Source: an uncultured Acidobacteriota bacterium
Lineage (GTDB): Bacteria > Acidobacteriota > Thermoanaerobaculia > UBA5066
Assembly (NCBI GenBank): GCA_963779415.1
Contig: CAVZYA010000002.1
Location: 480,001 to 544,000, forward strand
Direction: 5' to 3'
DNA: 64,000 nucleotides
The notes under the pieces were generated by a model. The model searched no databases, was not told the DNA's origin, and saw nothing but the letters and a program-made list of their open reading frames with translations. The position numbers and the translations under genes were made by a program. Each line of letters begins with the position of its first letter. Position 1 is the stretch's first letter. Below are positions 20,609 to 30,402 of the stretch, one piece after another.

Positions 20609-20636
20609 CTATAATTGATAATGGAGACGCGACCCC
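20609..20636 (-). repeat. 28-bp GGGGTC site, locus G
   Basis: Minus strand ggggtcgcgtctccattatcaattatag. Confidence 0.9.
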
Positions 20637-20724
20637 ATTTTTCGAGATGCCGTTTGCCGGGACTTCACCGGGCGCGGAGAGCCCGAACGGATCTCCTCCG
20701 GGCTCTCCACGTCCCCGGCTCCGG

Positions 20725-21690
20725 TCAGTCGGGAATCATCACGACGAGGTACCGGTCCCCCTTCCAGAACGCGGCGGGGTCCTTGACCTCGAGCTTCGAC
20801 GCCCCGGAGTTCGGGCCGCCGTCGACGATCTGGTAGCTCCCCTTCGGCTGCTCCGTGATGATGCGAACCTTGCGCGCGGGCGCGGGGATGGGCACTTCCA
20901 TGTCTTTCGTGACGTCGACCTGGCGGAAGACTCCGGGGTCGAACTTGCCGGTCTCGATCCACCGGCCGCCGACGCCGAGGATGTCGCCCTTCCTCTCGAC
21001 GACGCCCGACTTCTTCAGGACGCTCTTCGAGGCGATGGCCACGTAGGCCGTGTTGGACTCCTTCGTCTTCTCGGCGATCCGGGTCTCGCGCTCGAGGATG
21101 GCCACATCCTTCTCGGCGAGGCTGGTGGCCTGCGTCTCGACCGTCTTCGAGAGGTCGCCGACCCTGGTCTGGAGCTCGGCGATCATGGTCTCCCTCTCCT
21201 CGAGCGACCGCTTCAGCTGGTCCGCGAGCACCTGGAGGGACGCCACCTTCAGGCCGCTCTCCTTGTTGGTCTTCTCGAGGTGCGCGAGCTTCTGAAGGTT
21301 CTTGTGGATGGCGTCGCGGATCGACTGGATGTCCGCCTGGAGCTGATGGCGCCGGCCGCCCGCAGTGTCGCCTTCGCGGGCCACCTTGATCGAGGACTGG
21401 ATGGCCTTCAGCTCCTTGGCGCGGATCTCTTCGAGCCCCCTCGCGACGTCCTCGAGCGTCGCGTTCGCCTCGGCGGATTCAGCCTGGAGGGACTGCATCG
21501 ACTCCGAGAGCTTCTGGTTCTGGTCAGTGAGCTGCTGCATCTGGACCTGGGAGACGTCTCGCTGCTGCTGCAAATCGCGCTGCTGCTTCCACTCGAAGCC
21601 GCCGAATACGATCAGGACTCCGAGCGCCGTCGCGACCAGCACCGTTTGGAATGGTTTCGATCTTTCCGGTTTCTCTGTCACTTCGTCCAT
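20725..21690 (-). CDS. membrane-anchored coiled-coil protein, Cbp1-like family
   Basis: GGAGG RBS, N-terminal TM, long coiled coil, and C-terminal NTAYV...L..SGV..KG.ILG.G...F..VD...GSY...DP..FW...YLVV domain resembling Bacteroidota Cbp1-type proteins. Confidence 0.65.
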   Translation of the reverse strand: MDEVTEKPERSKPFQTVLVATALGVLIVFGGFEWKQQRDLQQQRDVSQVQMQQLTDQNQKLSESMQSLQAESAEANATLEDVARGLEEIRAKELKAIQSSIKVAREGDTAGGRRHQLQADIQSIRDAIHKNLQKLAHLEKTNKESGLKVASLQVLADQLKRSLEERETMIAELQTRVGDLSKTVETQATSLAEKDVAILERETRIAEKTKESNTAYVAIASKSVLKKSGVVERKGDILGVGGRWIETGKFDPGVFRQVDVTKDMEVPIPAPARKVRIITEQPKGSYQIVDGGPNSGASKLEVKDPAAFWKGDRYLVVMIPD

Positions 21691-21973
21691 AGCGAACCTC
21701 CTTCCGCGAGATGCCGCACGCTGCGGCGTGTCTCCGTCCACGCAATCGGCGTGCCTAGCAGGAACCAAGACCAGGAGCGTTCGGCGACGGGGGGCCTCGT
21801 GATCGAACGCACACTTCGACTCGAGTCGATACCCGAGATCGTCTATCGGGCCGTACCGATCGGCGCGGATCCGAATCCAACTCTCGTTGCGATTCAGTCT
21901 TAGTTGCGGCCCGGACAGATTGCGTCCCGAGGGGTCCTGGCGCCGCTCCCTGCCTCCGGTTCCAGAGTCGAGC

Positions 21974-23119
21974 TCACCCTGCGAGGTGCTTCGCCGCCGC
22001 CGTGAGGGCGGAGCCTGGGGAGACGGGGGTGCCGAGCGCACGGAGGGAGTCCTCGACGGCCTGAAGGGCGCGGACGACCTCGCCGGAGCCGATATTGCCC
22101 ATGTGACCCATCCGGAAGGCTTTCCCGGCGAGGGGGCCGAGGCAGCCCGCGACGACGATGCCGCGGGAAGCCATCTCCTTGCGGAAGGGGAGGTCGTCGA
22201 TGCCTTTCGGATGGAAGACGACGGAGAGCGTGTCGGCGCGACAGCCGGGGTCGGTGACGAATGAGAGCCCGAGCGCTTCGAGTCCGGCGCGGACGGCGCG
22301 GCCGATCCGCTTGTGGCGTTCGAAGCGGGCCGGGAGCCCTTCCTCGTGGAGGATCCGGAGCGCCTCGGCGAAGGCGACGACCTCGTTGACGCAGGGGGTC
22401 GCGAAGTACTTGCCCGGGTCCTCCATGACCGGAAGCCAGCGGAGAACGTCGGCGTAGTAGGCCGGGACGGCGGCCTTGCTCCTCCGCCGCTCGAGCGCGC
22501 GCGTCGAGAAGAGGCAGAGGGCGAGGCCGGGAGGGGCCCCGATCGCCTTCTGCGCGGCCGTGAGAAGGACGTCGACCCCCCACGCGTCGAACGGCTCGTC
22601 GATGCCGCCGGTCGCACAGACGCCGTCGAGGATGAAGATCTCGTCGCGGCCGTTCAGAAGCTTCGCGTAGTCGGCGACGGGAGCCGCGGTCCCCGTCGAG
22701 GTGTCGACGTGCGTGACGGTGACGGCGGCGTACTTCTCCTTCGCGAGCTTTTCGGCCACGGCGGCGGGTGCGACGGCCTGCCCCCACGCGGAGCGGAGAA
22801 CGTCGGCCTTCATGCCGAAGGCGGCCGCGAGATCGCCGTACCGGTCGCCGAAGTACCCCTGCGAGACGACGAGAACCTTCTCGCCCGGCGAGGCGACGTT
22901 GACGAGCGCGATCTCCATCGAGAGCGTGCCGCCGCCGGAGACGACGACGGGCAGGGCCGTGGCGCTCTGGCCGAGGGCGCGGAAGTCGGCGAGCGCGCGC
23001 CTGAAGGTCTCGACGAAGGCGGGGGCCACGTGCGAGACGGTGGCGCGGGCGAGCGCCGCGAGGATGCGGGGATGGACGGGCGTCGGCCCGGGGATCATGG
23101 TGAGGGTCTCGTCGATCAT
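21974..23119 (-). CDS. PLP-dependent aminotransferase class V (alanine-glyoxylate/serine-pyruvate type)
   Basis: MIPGPTPV, HVDTSTG, DGVC, AAQKAIGAPPGL and FRMGHMG. Confidence 0.9.
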   Translation of the reverse strand: MIDETLTMIPGPTPVHPRILAALARATVSHVAPAFVETFRRALADFRALGQSATALPVVVSGGGTLSMEIALVNVASPGEKVLVVSQGYFGDRYGDLAAAFGMKADVLRSAWGQAVAPAAVAEKLAKEKYAAVTVTHVDTSTGTAAPVADYAKLLNGRDEIFILDGVCATGGIDEPFDAWGVDVLLTAAQKAIGAPPGLALCLFSTRALERRRSKAAVPAYYADVLRWLPVMEDPGKYFATPCVNEVVAFAEALRILHEEGLPARFERHKRIGRAVRAGLEALGLSFVTDPGCRADTLSVVFHPKGIDDLPFRKEMASRGIVVAGCLGPLAGKAFRMGHMGNIGSGEVVRALQAVEDSLRALGTPVSPGSALTAAAKHLAG

Positions 23120-23910
23120 GGGAACTCCCTTGTCTCGGGGCGGACGAGCTCGAGGGGCGGAGGAGCGCCGGTGACGGCGCGGACGGCGGGCCCGACGAGG
23201 CCCGGATCGTCCGAGATGACCGAGGCCGCGCCCCAGAGGGCCATCTGCCGCGCGGCCTCGGGATCGTTCACCGTCCAGACGTGGACCGAGAGCGCCGATT
23301 CGCGAGCCTCGGCCATCAGGCGGGGCGTGACGAGCGAGGCGTGTGGAGCGATGGCGTCGCACCCCCGGGGGCGGTCCGGCCAGAAGCGCCCGGTCGGCCG
23401 GTAGGTGGAGGCGTCGAAGTTGAGACAGGTCTCGATTCGCGGCTCGATCTCCCGGATCCGCCGGAGCAGCTCCGCGGAGAAGGAGAGGACGAGGGCGCGC
23501 TCGAAGAGATGAAGCTGCGAAAAGAGCGCCGCGACGCGGAACTCCATCAGGCCGGTCCGCGGCGAGGGGCACGGCTTCAGCTCCACGAGAAAGCGCCCCG
23601 AGGAGCCGTAGCGCGCGAGGACTTCCCGAAGCGTCGGGACGCGGCCGCGCAGCTCGGCCGGGCCGGTGCCGTCGGCCGAAAGCTCGGCCATCGTCAGCTG
23701 GGCGACGGAGACTCGCCTTTCGCCGACGGTGATCTCGGGATCGTGAACGACGACGGCCTCGCCGTCGAAGGTGAGGCGGACGTCCAGCTCGACGCCGTCG
23801 GCGCCGTCGGCCTCGGCCCGGTCGAAGCTCTCGAAGGTGTTCTCGGGGGCCTTCGCGCTCGCCCCGCGGTGGCCGACGACGCGGGTGGGACCCTGGCGGA
23901 AGAAGTTCAT
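23116..23910 (-). CDS. glycerophosphodiester phosphodiesterase
   Basis: GHRGAS..APENT, VELDVRLT, VVHD, VELK and WTVND. Confidence 0.9.
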   Translation of the reverse strand: MNFFRQGPTRVVGHRGASAKAPENTFESFDRAEADGADGVELDVRLTFDGEAVVVHDPEITVGERRVSVAQLTMAELSADGTGPAELRGRVPTLREVLARYGSSGRFLVELKPCPSPRTGLMEFRVAALFSQLHLFERALVLSFSAELLRRIREIEPRIETCLNFDASTYRPTGRFWPDRPRGCDAIAPHASLVTPRLMAEARESALSVHVWTVNDPEAARQMALWGAASVISDDPGLVGPAVRAVTGAPPPLELVRPETREFP

Positions 23911-23935
23911 GGCGGCTGGATTATCCTCGTGCGGC

Positions 23936-25009
23936 ATGTCCCACCGCTTGCCGGGCCGTTCGAAGGCTGAAGGGCCTCCTTCGCGAAGGTCTCGCCCGCG
24001 GCCCGAGCCGATGCCATCCCGCGAGGACCGCCGCCCGCCCTCGCCGCTTCCGGAAGGTCCGTTCCAGGTTCCGATCTCGACGATCGACTGGCTCGTCTCC
24101 CGCGAAAGCCCGGCGGCGCGCTTCGTCGCCCTGCGCGACCTCCTCGGCCGTCCGGCGAAGGACCCCGACGTCCGGCGGGCGCGGCAGGCCGTCCCGCGCG
24201 ATCCCTGGACGCGCGACGCGCTCGCGGCCCTCCGGCAGCGGACGCTTCCGGGGCTTTCGCCCGCCGATCTCGCCCGCCGGTACGAGGGAGGTCTCTGGCT
24301 GACGCTCTTTCTCCTCGAGACGGGCTGCGACGCGACGCTTCCGGCGATACGCCACGCGGGAGACGTTCTCTTCGCGGCCTGGGAGAGAACGTTCGTGGAG
24401 CTGTCGCGGCGCGAGGACGTGGCCGTCGACCTTCCCTCCTTCACGATTCTCTGCCGCACCCTCGCGCTGATGGGGCACGCGGCGGACGGGCGGGTCCTTC
24501 TGGCCGCGGATTACATCGCCCGCGCCGCCCTCCTCGGGCGCTCCGCGACGGCCAAGACGCTTCTTCTCTTCGCCTCGCTCCCGTCGGCCAAACGGACGCC
24601 CGTCGTCGAGCGGGCGACCGCCTTTCTCCGGGAGCGTGCGGTCGGCACGGAGATCTCCCCGGCGCCGACCGCGGCATCCGGCCGCGCGTTCCTCAGGGCC
24701 GGATTCCCGACGGGGACGGAGACCGATCTCGTCGAGCTTCTCTGGGCGCTCGCGCTGACGGCCCCGGAAGGAGGGGTGGAAGGACGGGAAGGGCCTCTGG
24801 CGCGCGGCCTTTCTCTTCTTCTCGCCCGCGCGGACCATCGCGGGCGCTGGAAGCTCGAACGGACCCTTCCGAACGGGCTCCCCGTGCCGCTCGAGCGGGC
24901 CGGGGAGATGTCGCGGTGGGTCACGATTCGCGCCCTCGTCGCCGTCCAGCGTTTTCTGGGACTTTCGATCGAGACTCCGCGGGCCGCCGGGAAGCCTGCC
25001 CTCTTCTGA
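23936..25009 (+). CDS. hypothetical alpha/alpha-toroid (prenyltransferase/cyclase-like) protein
   Basis: IDWLV...PAARFVALRDLL, GFP....DLVELL and GRWKLE...SRWVTIRAL recall an uncharacterised cyclase-like family. Confidence 0.6.
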   Translation: MSHRLPGRSKAEGPPSRRSRPRPEPMPSREDRRPPSPLPEGPFQVPISTIDWLVSRESPAARFVALRDLLGRPAKDPDVRRARQAVPRDPWTRDALAALRQRTLPGLSPADLARRYEGGLWLTLFLLETGCDATLPAIRHAGDVLFAAWERTFVELSRREDVAVDLPSFTILCRTLALMGHAADGRVLLAADYIARAALLGRSATAKTLLLFASLPSAKRTPVVERATAFLRERAVGTEISPAPTAASGRAFLRAGFPTGTETDLVELLWALALTAPEGGVEGREGPLARGLSLLLARADHRGRWKLERTLPNGLPVPLERAGEMSRWVTIRALVAVQRFLGLSIETPRAAGKPALF

Positions 25010-25734
25010 TGAGAGCGCGACGCCTTCTCTCCGCCGCCTCCGGGCTCCTTGAGTCCGCAGCGCTCTTCGCCGCCTCGTGCACGCCTCCGGCGCGTCCCTC
25101 CGTGGACGGGTACGCCGCCCGGGTCACCGTCTCCGAACAAGGCGCCGTCGCGTCGACCTTCCAGATCGCGGTGCGGGGTCTCCGGCGGCGACGCGACGAG
25201 ACCACGTCCGGTGGGACGGTCCTCCTCCTGGACGAGAAGGCCCAGAAAGCATGGCGCCTCGACCCCGCCGCGAAGACCTTTGGCGAGGTCCCCTACGCGC
25301 GCGCGACCGACGAGATGCTGCCGGGCTTTCCGCTCGCCCCCGGCTTCAACGACCGCGAGGAAGCGGACAAGCGCGGGATCACCGACTACCGTCGAGAGAG
25401 CGACGAGATCTTCGCGGGAATGGTCTGCGCTCTCTGGCGCTTCGTCGACCAGCCCGACGCCGTCGTCTCCCCGTCGACGGTCTACTGGGTGGCCCCGAGC
25501 CTCGAGAACCTGACGATCCGGATGGACCGCGAGATCCCCAGGCCGGACGGGTCCCGGTTCCGGCGGAAGGTGGAGCTGACGGAGATCCGGGTCGGTGTCC
25601 CCGAGAGCCTCTTCGAAATCCCGAAGGACTATCGTCCCGCTCCGGCCCCCGGACGGGCGCTCGATCAGGGCATGCTGCTACCATCTCCGCCCCGGACCGG
25701 AATTGGGAGCCTGACCACGGAGGAGAGGTCATGA
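25009..25734 (+). CDS. putative lipoprotein (LolA/DUF4412-like fold)
   Basis: Lipobox-like FAASC, EIFAGMVC and VPESLFEIPKDY. Start overlaps the upstream stop. Confidence 0.6.
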   Translation: MRARRLLSAASGLLESAALFAASCTPPARPSVDGYAARVTVSEQGAVASTFQIAVRGLRRRRDETTSGGTVLLLDEKAQKAWRLDPAAKTFGEVPYARATDEMLPGFPLAPGFNDREEADKRGITDYRRESDEIFAGMVCALWRFVDQPDAVVSPSTVYWVAPSLENLTIRMDREIPRPDGSRFRRKVELTEIRVGVPESLFEIPKDYRPAPAPGRALDQGMLLPSPPRTGIGSLTTEERS

Positions 25735-26567
25735 GCCGTATTGCGATTCGCATCGTCGTCGCCCTGAGCGCCTTCGTGTCGCTCTCTGCCGCCTCGATTC
25801 CGCCGACTCCGAAGGATCCGAAGAGCCCCGTTCCCGACTGTGCCGACGGGCGTGGACCGACCGGTCCCGTGGAAGTGAAACTCCTCTCCCCGACACCGAA
25901 CCAGATGATCCCCTTCCCGGCGGTGCCGGCCGGCCAGCCTCCGGCCCGGGGAGCGATCGTCGAGGTGAAGCTGGAGGTCCGGAACTACGAGACGTTCCTG
26001 GACCCGAAAACGAAGTCCGGGCAGGGAATCGCCATCATCTTCGACAACCTTCCGGCGGCCGTTCACTACGAGCCGTCGAAGCCGTGGGAATTCCGGAACG
26101 TCCCGAAGGGGACGCACACGATCCGGGTCTTCGCGGTCCGGCCGTGGGGCGAGTCGATCAAGGAGCCCGGGGCCTTCGCGATGGTGACCTTCAACGTCGT
26201 CGAGGCCGACGGCAAGCACGCGCCAGACCCGAAGGCGCCCCTCCTCACGGTGAGCCGCCCGAAGGGGAAGTATCCGAAAGGAGAGGACGTCCTCCTCGAC
26301 TTCCTCGTCCGGGGCTGCACGGTCGGGGACAAGACGATGCCCGACTCGTGCCGCGTCCGGTACCGGATCGGCGACTTTCCCGAAGTGTCTCTCGAAAAAC
26401 CGGAGCCGGTCTGGCTGAAGAACATGCCGGTCGGCAAGCACGCCTTCGTCGTCGGCCTGACGCGAGGGGGGAAGCTGATCGACGGGCCTTTCAACCTCTT
26501 CCGTGGCGTCTTCGAGGTCGTGGCTTCGGCCCCGGCTCCGGCCAAGGCGGGATCCCCCGCCCCCTGA
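25731..26567 (+). CDS. secreted hypothetical protein with two Ig-like repeats
   Basis: GGAGGAG RBS, signal peptide, GTHTIRVFAVRPWGESIK and PLLTVSRPKG.Y...VLLDF. Confidence 0.7.
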   Translation: MSRIAIRIVVALSAFVSLSAASIPPTPKDPKSPVPDCADGRGPTGPVEVKLLSPTPNQMIPFPAVPAGQPPARGAIVEVKLEVRNYETFLDPKTKSGQGIAIIFDNLPAAVHYEPSKPWEFRNVPKGTHTIRVFAVRPWGESIKEPGAFAMVTFNVVEADGKHAPDPKAPLLTVSRPKGKYPKGEDVLLDFLVRGCTVGDKTMPDSCRVRYRIGDFPEVSLEKPEPVWLKNMPVGKHAFVVGLTRGGKLIDGPFNLFRGVFEVVASAPAPAKAGSPAP

Positions 26568-26569
26568 CG

Positions 26570-27583
26570 ATGCCCTCGCCCGTCGTCTACGAGAGCCCCG
26601 GTACGCGCCGGTGCCTCGTCGATCCGCCCCTGATCCTCGCCCCGATGGCGGGGATCACGGACATGACCTACCGGCTCCTCCTCCGGAAGGTCGGCGGGGT
26701 GGGGCTCGTGACGATGGAGTTCGTCTCGTCGGAAGGGCTCACCCGCGGAAACCGGAGGACCGAGCGGCTTCTCCGCTTCGACCCGACCGAACGGCCGCTC
26801 TCCGTCCAGATCTACGGCGCCGACGCGGCGCGGATGGCCGTCGCCGCGGCGCGGGTCGAGGAGATGCAGGTCGACGTCTGCGACATCAACATGGGATGCC
26901 CGTCCAACAAGGTCCTGAAGGGATGCGCGGGCGCCGGGCTGATGCGCGACCTCTCCAGAGCAAAGACGATCATCGCGGCCTGCCGGAAGGCGCTCCCGAC
27001 GACGCCGCTCACGGTGAAGTTCCGGCTCGGCATCTCGGACGAGACGACGAACTACCTCGAGCTGGCCCGGATCTGCGAAGGAGAAGGGGCTGCGGCCGTC
27101 GCCCTCCATGCCCGGACCGCGAAGCAGATGTTCACGGGGAGCGCCGACTGGAGCCGGATCGCGTGCCTCAAGGAGGCCGTCCGGATCCCGGTCGTCGGCA
27201 ACGGGGACGTCACCGGCCCCGAGGACGTCGTCCGGATGTTCCACGAGACCGGCTGCGATGCCGTCATGGTCGGGCGCGCGACGATGAAGAACCCGTGGAT
27301 CTTCCGGCAGGCAGCCGACCTCCTCGCGGGAAGACCCGTCCGCCCCGCGACCCTCGTGGAGCGGCGCGACGCCATCCTCGAGCACTTCCGGCTCATCATG
27401 CAGAACGACGGCGACCAGCCGAAGGCAGTGATGGCGAAGCTCCGTACCTTCACCGGGTGGTACACGCACGGCCTTCCGAACGGGATCGACCTGCGCCGCC
27501 AGATCAGCAGCCTCGACGCGCCGCAGGCCTTCCTCGACGCCGTCCACGGCTTCTTCGACCGCCGCACGGCGCTCGCGGCCTGA
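26570..27583 (+). CDS. dusB: tRNA-dihydrouridine synthase B
   Basis: [26 protein letters not shown] and VMVGRA..NPW. Confidence 0.9.
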   Translation: MPSPVVYESPGTRRCLVDPPLILAPMAGITDMTYRLLLRKVGGVGLVTMEFVSSEGLTRGNRRTERLLRFDPTERPLSVQIYGADAARMAVAAARVEEMQVDVCDINMGCPSNKVLKGCAGAGLMRDLSRAKTIIAACRKALPTTPLTVKFRLGISDETTNYLELARICEGEGAAAVALHARTAKQMFTGSADWSRIACLKEAVRIPVVGNGDVTGPEDVVRMFHETGCDAVMVGRATMKNPWIFRQAADLLAGRPVRPATLVERRDAILEHFRLIMQNDGDQPKAVMAKLRTFTGWYTHGLPNGIDLRRQISSLDAPQAFLDAVHGFFDRRTALAA

Positions 27584-27599
27584 GACGGCAGGACTCCAG

Positions 27600-29651
27600 G
27601 TGACGGAGACCCCCCCCGACCTCTCCTCCCTTCGCGAGGCCCTCGACGGTGTCGACGCGGAGCTGGTCTCCCTGCTCGCGAGGCGTCTCGCCCTCGTCGT
27701 GAAGATCGGCGAAACGAAGGCGGGGCGCGCGGGGGGAATCCGCGACGCCTCCCGGGAGCGGGACGTGCTCGAGAAGGTGGAGTCGGCCGCCCGCGATCTC
27801 GGTGTCCCCGTGCCGCTCGCGCGGAAGATCTTCGGCGAAATCATCGCCCATTCCGTCACCCGCCAGGCCGCCTTCCTCTCCGGTGTCGCCGCGAGGGGAG
27901 AGCTTCGCGTCGCGTTCCAGGGAGTCCCCTACGCGTATTCGTGGCTCGCCGCGCAGAAGTACCTCGGCGGCCTCGGCGTCGCGGGAGCGCTCGCGGGATT
28001 CCGGAGCTTCGCCGAGGCGGTAGACGCCCTCGTCGCGGGAAGCGTCGACCTCGCGATCCTCCCGATCGAGAACACGACGGCGGGGAGCATCAACCAGGTC
28101 TACGACCTTCTCCTCTCGCACGACGTCGCGATGGTCGGCGAAGAGACCTGGAGGGTGGACCACTGCCTCGCCGGGCCGGCCGAGGTGCCGCTCGGGTCGA
28201 TCGCGAAAGTCCTCTCGCACCCGCAGGGGCTGGAGCAGTGCAGCCAGTTCCTCCTTTCGCTCCCGAACGCGCAGCCGGTCTTCCGGTTCGACACGGCCGA
28301 GGCGCTCGAGGAGGTCGCGGCCGCGGGGGACCCGACCCAGGCGGGGATCGGGCCGCCGGAGGCCGCCTCGCACTACGGCCTCGTCATCCTCCGGCGCGGC
28401 ATCGCGAACCAGGAGGAGAACTACACGCGCTTCGTCGCCCTCGCGCGAACGCCGGAGCGCTTCGATCCGCGGATCCCCTGCAAGACGAGCCTCGTCCTGA
28501 CGACGCGTCACGAGCACGGCGCGCTCCTGAAGTGCCTCGCCGTCCTCTCGGACAACGGCCTCTCGCTGACGAAGCTCGAGTCGCGCCCGAGACCGCGGAA
28601 GCCCTGGGAGTACATGTTCTTCGTCGACTTCGACGGGAACGTGGCCGACGCGAAGGTGTCGCGGGCCCTCGAGGAGCTGAAGGTCGTCGCGCTCTGGCTC
28701 AAGGTGCTCGGCTCCTATCCGGCGAAAGCGACGCCGCCGGACGCCGCGGCGGCGGAGATCGCCCCGCCCGCCGAGACGCTCGAGGCGGTCGTCCTTCCGG
28801 TCCCGGAGAAGGCGGCGCCCCCCGCCGTGAAGAAGAGTTCGTCGTACAGGCTCGTGAGTCGCGACGCCCGAGCCGAGGACACGGTGGTCCGCGTCGGCGA
28901 CCTTCTGATCGGAGGGGACGGGTTCGTCGTCATGGCAGGGCCCTGTTCCGTCGAGTCGAAAGCCCAGATCGACGCGACGGCGAAAGCGGTCCGGGAGGCG
29001 GGGGCGCACGTCCTCCGCGGCGGCGTCTTCAAGCCGAGGACGAGCCCGTACGCCTTCCAGGGGCTCGGGGAGGAGGGGCTCGAACTCCTCGCGTCGGCGG
29101 GGAGGGCGTTCGGCATGCCGATCGTCAGCGAGGTCCTCGCCCCCGAGCAGGTGCGCCTCATGGCGGCGAAGGCCGACATCCTCCAGATCGGCGCTCGGAA
29201 CATGCAGAACTTCCCGCTCCTGAACGAGGTGGGGAAGGTGGACCGGCCGGTGCTCCTCAAGCGCGGACTCTCCAGCACGATCGAGGAATGGCTCGCGGCG
29301 GCGGAATACATCCTCGCGAAGGGAAACGGGCAGGTGATCCTCTGCGAGAGGGGCATCCGGACCTTCGAGAGCGCGACACGCAACACGCTCGACCTCTCGG
29401 CCGTCCCCGTCGTGAGGGAACGGACGCATCTTCCGATCGTCGTCGACCCGAGCCACGGAACCGGGCGGCGCGCCTACGTCGCCCCGATGGCGTACGCGGC
29501 GCGTGCCTGCGGAGCGCACGGCCTCCTGATCGAGGTCCACCCCGACCCCGACCATGCTCTCTCGGACGGCGACCAGAGCCTCACCTTCGCCGAGTTCCGG
29601 TCGCTCATGGACGGCCTCTCCTCCGTCGCCCCTCCCCGTTCCGTCCGCTGA
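27600..29651 (+). CDS. aroF: trifunctional chorismate mutase / prephenate dehydratase (with ACT) / DAHP synthase Ibeta
   Basis: CM: [23 protein letters not shown]: [37 protein letters not shown]: [29 protein letters not shown]. Confidence 0.9.
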   Translation: MTETPPDLSSLREALDGVDAELVSLLARRLALVVKIGETKAGRAGGIRDASRERDVLEKVESAARDLGVPVPLARKIFGEIIAHSVTRQAAFLSGVAARGELRVAFQGVPYAYSWLAAQKYLGGLGVAGALAGFRSFAEAVDALVAGSVDLAILPIENTTAGSINQVYDLLLSHDVAMVGEETWRVDHCLAGPAEVPLGSIAKVLSHPQGLEQCSQFLLSLPNAQPVFRFDTAEALEEVAAAGDPTQAGIGPPEAASHYGLVILRRGIANQEENYTRFVALARTPERFDPRIPCKTSLVLTTRHEHGALLKCLAVLSDNGLSLTKLESRPRPRKPWEYMFFVDFDGNVADAKVSRALEELKVVALWLKVLGSYPAKATPPDAAAAEIAPPAETLEAVVLPVPEKAAPPAVKKSSSYRLVSRDARAEDTVVRVGDLLIGGDGFVVMAGPCSVESKAQIDATAKAVREAGAHVLRGGVFKPRTSPYAFQGLGEEGLELLASAGRAFGMPIVSEVLAPEQVRLMAAKADILQIGARNMQNFPLLNEVGKVDRPVLLKRGLSSTIEEWLAAAEYILAKGNGQVILCERGIRTFESATRNTLDLSAVPVVRERTHLPIVVDPSHGTGRRAYVAPMAYAARACGAHGLLIEVHPDPDHALSDGDQSLTFAEFRSLMDGLSSVAPPRSVR

Positions 29652-29727
29652 TCACGACTCGCTGCGGCCGGCGTCCCCGGCTCTTGGTGCCTTGGTGTCT
29701 CGGTGCGGGTTTGATAGACTTCACCTC

Positions 29728-29982
29728 ATGGCGCGGCTGACGATCACCCTAACGGATGAGCGGCATGCCGCGCTCAAGGAGGCCGCGGCGCGGCGCCGCC
29801 GGACGATCGGCCTTCTCATTGAGGAGAGCCTCGAGGCATACGGCGTCAAGACGCGGCAGAGCGCCGAGAAGCTGGTGGTGGCGGCGCGGCGGCGCTCGGG
29901 GATGACGGAGGCGGAGGCGATGCGTCTTTCGCTCCGTGAAACCCGGTCGGTCCGGAACGGGCGCCGGAAGCGCGCGCATTGA
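29728..29982 (+). CDS. CopG/RHH antitoxin-like protein
   Basis: MARLTITLTDERHAALKEAAARR..TIGLLIEESL. Overlaps the PIN gene start. Confidence 0.8.
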   Translation: MARLTITLTDERHAALKEAAARRRRTIGLLIEESLEAYGVKTRQSAEKLVVAARRRSGMTEAEAMRLSLRETRSVRNGRRKRAH

Positions 29983-30398
29983 CCGGGCGGGTCGTCGTCG
30001 ACACGAACGTCCTCGTCAGCGGGCTTCTGACCCGGGACGGGAGCGCCCCGACAGCGCGCATTGTCGATTCGATCCTCCGGGGAGAGCTCCACCTGCTGCT
30101 CTCGACGGATCTTCTTGCCGAGTACAGGACGGTTCTTCTTCGCCCGGCGATCCGAAAGAGACACGGCCTTTCGGAGGCGGAGGTCGACGTACTACTCGGG
30201 GATATCGCCGAGATGGCGGCGTTTCGGGAGACCGAGCCGGTCTCGGACGCGGAGCGCCGGAAGGACCTTCACCTCCACCGGCTCCTCTCGGCGGCGGAAG
30301 GCGCGATCCTCGTGACGGGGGACGAAAGGCTTCGCCGGAGCGTACCGCCGGGGGTCGAGGCGCTCTCGCCGAATTCGTTCCTCTCGCGGCGGCGCTGA
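29979..30398 (+). CDS. PIN-family toxin (PIN_3 type)
   Basis: VVVDTNVLVSGLL, LAEY..VL.RP and LVTGD..L. Confidence 0.85.
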   Translation: MTGRVVVDTNVLVSGLLTRDGSAPTARIVDSILRGELHLLLSTDLLAEYRTVLLRPAIRKRHGLSEAEVDVLLGDIAEMAAFRETEPVSDAERRKDLHLHRLLSAAEGAILVTGDERLRRSVPPGVEALSPNSFLSRRR

Positions 30399-30402
30399 CC
30401 GC

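Noticed and set aside
13743-21924. Shared 11-mer gacagattgcg upstream of two cargo genes (13743 and 21914)
   Set aside because: Distances to the starts differ and there is no shared second element. One 11-mer match is plausible by chance.
19843-22000. Integrase-type island at tRNA-Pro
   Set aside because: No integrase and no duplicated tRNA 3' end were seen in the window.
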